A stretch of DNA of 59,068 bases, taken from assembly GCA_947629635.1 (NCBI GenBank), contig CANREO010000001.1:1-59068 (forward strand). The letters are read 5' to 3'. This document shows, piece after piece, positions 56,701-59,068 of this stretch (the first letter of the stretch is position 1; each line of letters starts with the position of its first letter). Source of the stretch: an uncultured Clostridia bacterium (GTDB lineage Bacteria; Bacillota; Clostridia; Christensenellales; CAG-917). The translations under genes were made by a program, and so were the position numbers. The notes under the pieces were generated by a model, which made no database searches, was not told where the DNA came from, and saw only the letters and a program-made list of their open reading frames with translations.

Positions 56701-59068
56701 ATGGTGACGCCCGACGTCACGGCATACAAGCTTGTAAGCGACTTTACAAACTACAGCAAGGCGATCTCGCTCAACTTCAAAGATCTGCTTGACGGCAAGA
56801 AGATCGACATTAATGAGTTGCTTGGCGACCTCAAGTCCGTTGAAGCGGGCGCGAGACTGTCGCTGAACATCAAGATGTCGGATATCATCAATTGGACGTA
56901 TCAGATGACCAGGTTTGTCGGCGACGACAGCATTGCGGAATATCTGTACTTCCTCATTGCATCGCTTGAGGAGAACAGCCCGATGAACAACGAGCTGAAC
57001 CTCGACGCGGAGCTTCGCGTGTATCTGCCTCTTGCGCCTCTTGTCAACTACATCATCAACAAGCAGGGCGGTCTGCTGGACGCAATAAACGGCTTGGGCC
57101 TGTACGTGAAGTTTAGTTACGCCACGGGTCTGCACGACGATACGGCGACGTCCTACGTGCTTGGGCAGATAAGGGACGGCAAGCTGTATTTGCGCATAGA
57201 TCTGTCCAACTTCACAAAGGTTGCCGGATTTGGCGACTTCCTGTCATACATAGCGATAGACGGCCTGTCGCTGAGCAGCTTGATCGGCAGCTCGTCGCAA
57301 GTGTCATCGGACGCGAGCGTCGCGGCGGCTTTCGACGACGAACTCAACGATTACGGCATTGTTCCGTCTAACATTTGGCAGGTCATCAATGTGCTTTTGG
57401 GCAGATTGTTTGTGGCAAACGACTTCTTGACGGTGGGCCTTGGCGAGACGCTTATCGGCGACCTCATCGAGATGTTGTCGGAGTCCGAAAACGAAGTGAT
57501 ACAGGGCATCATAGAGTTTATGCCCAAGTTGTATACTTCAAACGGCAACGATACGAGCGGCATCACGATCAATCTGTACGGCGAATCGCCGTCGATCAAC
57601 CTCAACATCGGCCTCAAGGCAGGCGGAATGTACTACCTGGAAGTCGGAGAATACAACTCCATGTACGGCGCGACGGGCAACTATTTTGTCGGAAGCGGTC
57701 AGCACAGAGATTGGGACGGCGAGCGCTTCCATCACGAAGATGGACAATATGTGCTTTGCAACGACGGCTCGAGATGCGACAAGGAGCATTACGTGCTGGT
57801 GATGACCGACGACTATGCGCTTATCAGCTATGCTTATCCCGATTGGCAAGGCGACACGTACGACTATAACAAAGATACAAACGGCTTCGACAAAAACGAG
57901 GGCGGCAGCGGTCAGTACATGAAACTGGGCGAGTTTGGCTTCGGCGCGCAGGTGAGCGACCTGCATGCGGCGATCAACCGCGACTTCACCGTGACGGACA
58001 AGGATATGTACGCTCTCATCCACAAGGACGCTGTAGGCGCGGACGAGCAAGGATATCTTATTGACGCGAAGGGTGCGCGCGTGCATGACCAGAGCGGAGC
58101 GGAGATGAAAGACCCGTACGTGAAGGCGGACGATCTGGAAGCTACGCTGGAGATGTCCATAGACGTCTCGCTGTACGGCGCGGGCGGAGCCGGCGACGAC
58201 AACGTCATCGACCTGAGCGAAGTGCTGGATCTGTTGCTGGGATTGCTTGCCCCCAACAGCGACCTCAACGGCAGCGTATTGCGCCTCAACATAGTCAACA
58301 AAGTGGGCAAAGACGACGGAGCCTTCCTCACTCTCGACCTCAAGTTGCACTTCAATTTGGCGACTTGGGACATAGACGCGAAGATAGAACTTATCAAGCA
58401 CAACCCTGATGGCAACGACACGTCGGTGCTTTTGGGCGTGTATCTAGACAAGACCGAAGATAAGGGCACTTCGCTTTACATCGACCTCGGCGGCTTGCTT
58501 GACAAGTCCGCAAAGATTGCAATAACAAACCTCAATATCGAAGGATTGCTGAAGGACAAGCTGGGCAAGCTGTTGTCATCGTCAAGCGCCGAGGACGCGA
58601 GTAGCGACGCCAGGATAGCGGACGGCAAAGACGTGCACGAGACGGTTGAAAAATTGATGAAGGACTATGCATACTTCATGCTGTTTGTCAATCCGCGCAA
58701 GATACTGCTTCAGTTCAACGCGGACCTCATCAATGTGATATACAAGAAGATACTTCAAGTGCGCGGTCAGGAGCCGAAAAACCTCATCCCCGACCTGGGC
58801 GACATACTGCTTATGCTGGACGCGACGGGCGGAAGGACAAAGCTTGGGCTGAACGTACGCTTGAGCGACGCATTCTATATCGCGCTCGACATGAACGTGC
58901 CTACGATTTCCAAGAGCTTTAACAGTGAGGAGTTCTGGGGCGATACCGATCTGAGTTTCAGAGAGGAAGGCACAAGCACGGGTTATATCCCGATGCTCGA
59001 TCTTGACCTCAACAGCGTGCTCAAGGGCGGCGAGACGGACATACTCGGGGCGCTGAAGATGCCTTCGC
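41770..59068 (+). CDS. giant lipoprotein, unknown family (3-prime end outside window; at least 5,766 aa)
   Basis: GGAGGG at 41760-41765 and ATG at 41770. Translation begins MRKPKFAVVLLLCLAVLLTVVLAAC-G (lipobox). The frame with positions congruent to 1 mod 3 has its last stop at 41704-41706 and none afterwards. I translated the first 7 sequence lines and more than 30 further lines spread to 59041 without meeting a stop. The track lists no plus-strand ORF in this frame, as expected for an ORF with no stop inside the window. Confidence 0.9.
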   Translation, partial: MRKPKFAVVLLLCLAVLLTVVLAACGPIEDPSGELPDLSNPGESNTPPTVDSGTLISSQQAWNLIKDAAYASSAEIKDARYIRFDTSFVLGYAKDDYKSVVVLRVAGDFDTTPPTSQSVDSSEMLLELRSFAKDQIEGVGSEELSYMVAQGEGKLLVGVYYYEGKIVADLRGLKRDAGVHILYTENINLTSFADKLDDMLQQLNISELVFEDLFGYNLGGLVESLLHLNIVDLTIEDILLNIVMANAKARVIDNGNGSSTVIIPCDLSLIAGILPLLDGVIPENIIQLVNSVVGLDLGKLGSLAGMALCIEANLQNDGLNDKLVGISTDIDLNFNSGNNQTLLDKYGAFQNDVGIELGYSKAQFVGAPELDVVGMLKARPEASGSNFYNVAQTATRYSILSFEGSIGLTVDLAERQIVPQNVINSFGTYLNGLITNSKLSEKLLEIIEATLAREDLLHIKQSKVQLTLNIQALINTQKPSETRIVVELTQSNGRVLLGAYYRADENALYLEAGGLAGADGTKFKIANFDIFKIVDDLTDKAFNAILGAINSLGGEAKAQYEEGLASGAIVRQYSAITADDGTQIGDTIGLIQAIIDNIDLVKDGNIFNISQIKVTLTQDILNYIFGLVFTGNLSGLEIPIVGEPTITYNNLGVGENKTLNISLKLSDDPSEELLGLSIDGQLKFGSITDENAFRSKFATRNSRATDYLSIMQNGQINTELLHIDVTAGLEIDVRALEGVLGTLGIDIKDLAIGDNFKGLLINILLELGNIDGGLKLDVDAQIDLSGGANVESLLNSSAKLVISKVTDDSPVLSIYLQNGDLYVDAHLLCLNVQKIKINLNDIINKFAKPTSEDTAYVAEEPTPTDGKDNLANIVGVLLNAIDNIEISSKALSLAFSTAVLDDILKAIGTESLEISFDSTNLEGGIRIGIPNGLSLPDLSLGVFLAVGDNVDLDVSLGGLSVGLHEEKKTYLREEETALYTEILRQPYLSLDLTMGLDFNADEGSTDMEYGMIGTHWKSGENYYELTDPQHPVPSDYYGLYYYCDEDGVYHEANYNLTTLYFGSEVQINYELRLAGRLDLSPLVAYLMGDNSIVTRNNNSELSLELVGKKFGEQEKKLIGIYYTGEALYLDLSNFGFNRVTADIDLFGIILGLLTKDSTVVLNYDVGASSEAMVADAAASDENTKRQLALSIVALLTSSNLYVELTQGLVTTLFELTGIDATNITAWLDVAWDELENHDDKPFRLHAAINNASNEPIGQFELYASKIDITAGGALEQLKVMDGETERPLREYLNDGEKNDYTEIQLFNQYGDLTIPTIYASLEGTISMGATESDTWDIGSWIAAVLTGIDKTIENERLDSFVNKLMLQLNTPVAAERELGFRIALNLRLNNDSAINVLQNAIFTEIDRQNIAKYSEVYKLVGTNYKQLTAEERTTYLDTIYLKEYISGGISLTEVTQVGYTGDAYVLLADGNYAKVSVTQDNMGDFAEDRLFTTAAVTDIEYILSHSDIAIEIFNTNIAEASAENIILGLHLVYTGDSLGYSASTLYLDLRDDFHLSFANLDLAKLIGSLMNPSKDNGTDAPAAATAAETRASSSTDANNGLLGTVFGLLGSFISSVGMDSNYAKVNIAEGLVAVVLNMILGAKINPEKFIRLNSDDSYLSFAWEYNLQLQLAIDPIYLGIEISKISFNIGTNTGVLPDDFDPSIYTGIEKMDNISVDLQLDADLQLKGQDEEIRLEDYLDLFVADIGLKLGIELSETIEYSLSLNVGTNLVLSDPDNTEIILSLVNKMTNENVLAIIVKGPNIYIDFGKLASHAFYITGTEIADLICSSISNLLNSAQSSMGQGSGEAQMAASGISSDMTVEDVMNVVLNIESGRIGLLVTQNVLVGLIAALTGGNSIYVEIGADDVYDDAYSERFEKNSSGKFEPSVEGAFVKTYLVNKVKATALESKEGAEQVYIATSAGYVLVDPALISDGNVTFYSLDLGYTVEEILEKIDLGISVKAELQLNPSIAIGIELDSKLLAVGLNISTVNVATGTDNDAYRRIHKLIDDAISVKDAVPYTVEDPTKGDYYYKLDDGSFVKAGEFDADSQTRADDVVYEDRFERHDDLSIITLNLSLVLDYSASATYVYVSNNEALNAYDPMDRYSYNASDGRFVKDPNGRYVRDGFAFDDTIEALLNIPTVKEALGGILIPVVHMSTEGGEFIGSTTKLPLSEALSRLGLNFMISDMMDDGVKLDLVVKLDLEKLGLTLTDINSIKEFINKLSNNIKNKTVDVKNLVDAMEVGLTLDFTYEDPNEDVKISVYLIESIVYVDASGVGLPRISFNLFDLIDAFTAVTGGAQSEAQMAAGNQTSTSFVSLLNAVVSHILISATDISGLEALSIFFKPDMFKSLLTILTGQNFTSEMLDFTENSGIFLRPGGTMDSLLSLGLLVELANKNDPIESEDGEVTPFTLKLDLGLAANLGFENSEEYESLLDPDERADFIDFLTYIENIVNIVNGYENESYVRAEKPIGDGSLYYVFKPDENGNYVTAVGMFRPINDGEVVAAGKQRYRREYAKFVGDKISIVEYLPADESADEANLFAYDAEQDIYVRVADYNGSDERRFVEHEKESIGPNDAALYNKQGVPTYTDQYISLSVGGLIYLNSSSVETYNLGGLVSNLFGDMLIELQTKSVFNGGIGLKVSANVDLASLDLKALFGGTFSDFLANSNLDRVELALEFIEVSEDGHFVTYSDGSDKVLGGMYLTGDTLYFDMTGVVETAETYARIDDFMSFARKVAGLIDGLTKKDNTGNDATGQAMAAADNPTNYATAVRNAIIALVYSDEVFQLQLTRALISYIFSTLMPDLGSIDEIFDVLSLSLGLEHGKEVFRKIEDMTNEEEKAKFLDENDSANYWNDRYTYYKDPTYLPVANDGYYAVRTDGGYEYFDIASARLFTMDGDNYKYAETYSAEGGATYFVRDGKTYRQVEFVANSYYAANVNGTIKFYQVPFTQLYTEAEGSYTAADKYDAEGGTAYYVREGNSFVKVLFGANGKSVSGRTSYYASFGDGDDAARLPINSYALYHKKPVVEDGVVKLSEGETDDDFVQTTLFVNDEKALGGFYTYVKYNDTYYKVTGLETLNVGYVKDIKGDYYRTIDSYSRTDEFRLALDLSVGCLSLGLRLGNLSVGLGGGLQLLPDYLRDGKAHSYIDEYGAEHKYTTNMTDEEKELVEDIPVNPFYDTVIDLSFAVELDFGITEGRLDFGEILSAIVGNIAGINVEMPTTTKGYSSAHFRLDAHVMLDMYDLGESELSIELVQVTETGYDSLVIGAYYINSNLYLDLSNMFNIPKMAITDLSITGLLNKAFNTDLFEGGLFWADAAEQMAGDAMIAAADASNSDASTGAAGDVDFTNRNLALAVLFDKHMVAIALGDLFFDTVLEYIPEDLLGFDLKQLFYDEINGNLQIKLGTEKDIDLELKASLGLEGGRYTYYTAATKDKDSANEEAIKNSLASGYNTAQYYVFKAEKTATDIDGNLSSQDGYYTINEAGGYARAIRPDEITDGMTLYTRYRVALEQGELCLVEMVDNAAGNGMELAGKTFKLEEGDKIYLYAPGAIANKSFVGDGGSYDMNMDLTLALHNLNLEFTNSRSAVLSGEEIAEYTAFDNLDHIVIKDTLDLTAMFKNGSDIDLSAVLTAFLPGLPTENLLMLIAQADNGGDVIRNLRLSVEAEILSMALINYARTNLFNIDNPNGELDITYIFNLISELIKNFNTLDLGRVLSDLLGFVNLKIVLQTKGGNDSDYHDMLGLYLVGGKFEKLTEEDIDPDGDNYIAPEDRYDHYYQASYGNFYYLDGKYELIGKDTSFTGVRYSYDPSYCYKNPNGNYKRVGGGLYVDLSYFNIPSINVPSYMIEDLIVSNLSTSGSSEAMIAEGEAEGQDSIFPLIKDDTITGYIRSFVYGVRITSAYVKLLVQPNYINQLLTLLLGEDSAITFDEDLFTNYSNLALYFDRTMHNYEKVDDLINSMSLLWMASPTEEEQARYRAEIEDLLGSSKYRFQLKEYKGKADSSENGLYYIDDNGAFVHKNEMGTAERAAYDELVNEGKKAYYDVVSVPTYIRLLDPTTKAPTNNFVLYSTANKVQLANAEADDRLAQFSVSLPKLYTVTDKISDDTKNVEVNGTIYTPTNPELSYSKRLTTENPLLSLQVFLWDYSLKLDLQFPQFEVVEFKYLTGTEAAEQIGEIPDGVRYVDMAQDFYNNEDKTTLDAWVADYYREGAFSSDEYEKNPRFYKNRNNYYPIDKTTLSVYNEGKYELAVKDGDPFPDILKEIEENGKEYYVYVGSGYELLQRAYIYKHNRYDSVYKRLLAPEEKKADGSEYGPDEYYVRVQQDSGVQAPDFGDPLYDDYAYKEYVPVNELYYLSLDLRAHISINSGKIYFAYADYLALYNSLHPEEHVTEFTKEQLKGIAYKIFQGNYVALSDTDDFEALRDGGNLYVWVNSSLGPEYGIDEALSDVLGGILGNLKGRFQVSDNMTLNIYLSLRLNLTFEISLVPAKLIIRDLDVAIDGWGEQNDMLEDGTFIDPDTRNNYAENELLDGSLTHLFGIYYSHDRNTGEAGLYVDLEWLLGSDAKIMIDLSDYTLEDVINGQFGDTEAQSEAMMAADGMNVQQSSSAVSLYVNIFTNAIAVNMTSGFIKALIGELSPESTLGDLIPNLKIYAKLDLNPYDLTVGALLFNEDGDRPMLDVSMTLEGLNGDKDSSRITFGLASKVNAEQRPEDHVFYFANFYSDKDGNYGKNGTDKEYVRLYKDAEGKEYVAAEDGSYMLDESGVIVDATEGYEGQKYAPYNGPTARYSKAEGEMKPIVGFRYGLGSPYDEYGDDVYTLHQGEYRTVDYLLPTLGSSKFRDIYNKEAFKDFTGWVYAIRNQEYVELEKATLEGFTGEGNLQYILADDIDSVLTGGLATFKEAWLAKAVEVGGKKYLPVDFVLSDDNTTIVGIGDKGYTSLYDADMVTPDVTAYKLVSDFTNYSKAISLNFKDLLDGKKIDINELLGDLKSVEAGARLSLNIKMSDIINWTYQMTRFVGDDSIAEYLYFLIASLEENSPMNNELNLDAELRVYLPLAPLVNYIINKQGGLLDAINGLGLYVKFSYATGLHDDTATSYVLGQIRDGKLYLRIDLSNFTKVAGFGDFLSYIAIDGLSLSSLIGSSSQVSSDASVAAAFDDELNDYGIVPSNIWQVINVLLGRLFVANDFLTVGLGETLIGDLIEMLSESENEVIQGIIEFMPKLYTSNGNDTSGITINLYGESPSINLNIGLKAGGMYYLEVGEYNSMYGATGNYFVGSGQHRDWDGERFHHEDGQYVLCNDGSRCDKEHYVLVMTDDYALISYAYPDWQGDTYDYNKDTNGFDKNEGGSGQYMKLGEFGFGAQVSDLHAAINRDFTVTDKDMYALIHKDAVGADEQGYLIDAKGARVHDQSGAEMKDPYVKADDLEATLEMSIDVSLYGAGGAGDDNVIDLSEVLDLLLGLLAPNSDLNGSVLRLNIVNKVGKDDGAFLTLDLKLHFNLATWDIDAKIELIKHNPDGNDTSVLLGVYLDKTEDKGTSLYIDLGGLLDKSAKIAITNLNIEGLLKDKLGKLLSSSSAEDASSDARIADGKDVHETVEKLMKDYAYFMLFVNPRKILLQFNADLINVIYKKILQVRGQEPKNLIPDLGDILLMLDATGGRTKLGLNVRLSDAFYIALDMNVPTISKSFNSEEFWGDTDLSFREEGTSTGYIPMLDLDLNSVLKGGETDILGALKMPS

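Noticed and set aside
41701-58469. Dozens of minus-strand ORFs in the track (60-401 aa, for example 55930-57135, 54151-55095, 57538-58401, 48859-49662) that are the only annotations offered for this 17-kb stretch.
   Set aside because: All lie antisense to the continuous plus-strand frame. Their translations are Arg/His/Cys/Val-rich, lack SDs and motifs, and tile irregularly. They are shadow ORFs caused by the codon bias of the giant gene.
1-59068. Scan for rRNA, tRNA, CRISPR arrays, IS elements, integrases, toxin-antitoxin pairs and known defence genes.
   Set aside because: None was recognised by eye. No regularly spaced direct repeats, cloverleaf-like segments or recombinase motifs were seen. 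A tRNAscan/Infernal/PADLOC run would be needed to be certain.

Overview
This is a chromosomal segment with Clostridia-type, endospore-former-like gene content. No rRNA, tRNA, CRISPR array, transposase or integrase was seen.

Bases 1-41.3 kb are mostly housekeeping:
- leuS (3-prime part), serS and an M28 membrane peptidase.
- A SipL-like DUF3794/LysM protein.
- A sigma-70/ECF-type sigma factor with a putative anti-sigma partner, flanked by two lipoproteins. One of these is an 894-aa Flg_new plus GLUG surface protein.
- nifJ (PFOR), bracketed by two paralogous mini-ORFs. One is absent from the 60-aa ORF track.
- ecfA1-ecfA2-ecfT-truA, then glnS.
- A zinc-ribbon/Pro-rich protein with two membrane proteins.
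- An MBL hydrolase-CPBP-CPBP-rlmH-tadA string.
- A glmU-like gene with a degenerate N-terminal domain, followed by pth-mfd.
- A BclA-like collagen-repeat protein, an HxxxD acyltransferase, an esterase, a bPH2 protein, a GH127-like protein and a DUF1624 membrane acyltransferase.

The outstanding feature is 41770-59068. It is one uninterrupted plus-strand reading frame with 5,766 codons visible and no stop before the window edge, which is presumably why the supplied ORF track omits it. It sits behind a consensus TTGACA-17-TATAAT promoter and a GGAGGG Shine-Dalgarno, and it opens with a lipoprotein signal peptide. It is built from at least 13 highly divergent copies of a large module. Each module has a (L/I)G-x-Y-(Y/L)...L-Y-x-D-L core, usually followed by an Ala/Ser/acidic linker of the SEAQMAA type. 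I cannot assign it to any protein family I recognise, and it is the best candidate for something undescribed.

Several genes also show promoter-adjacent, SD-less (leaderless-type) starts.
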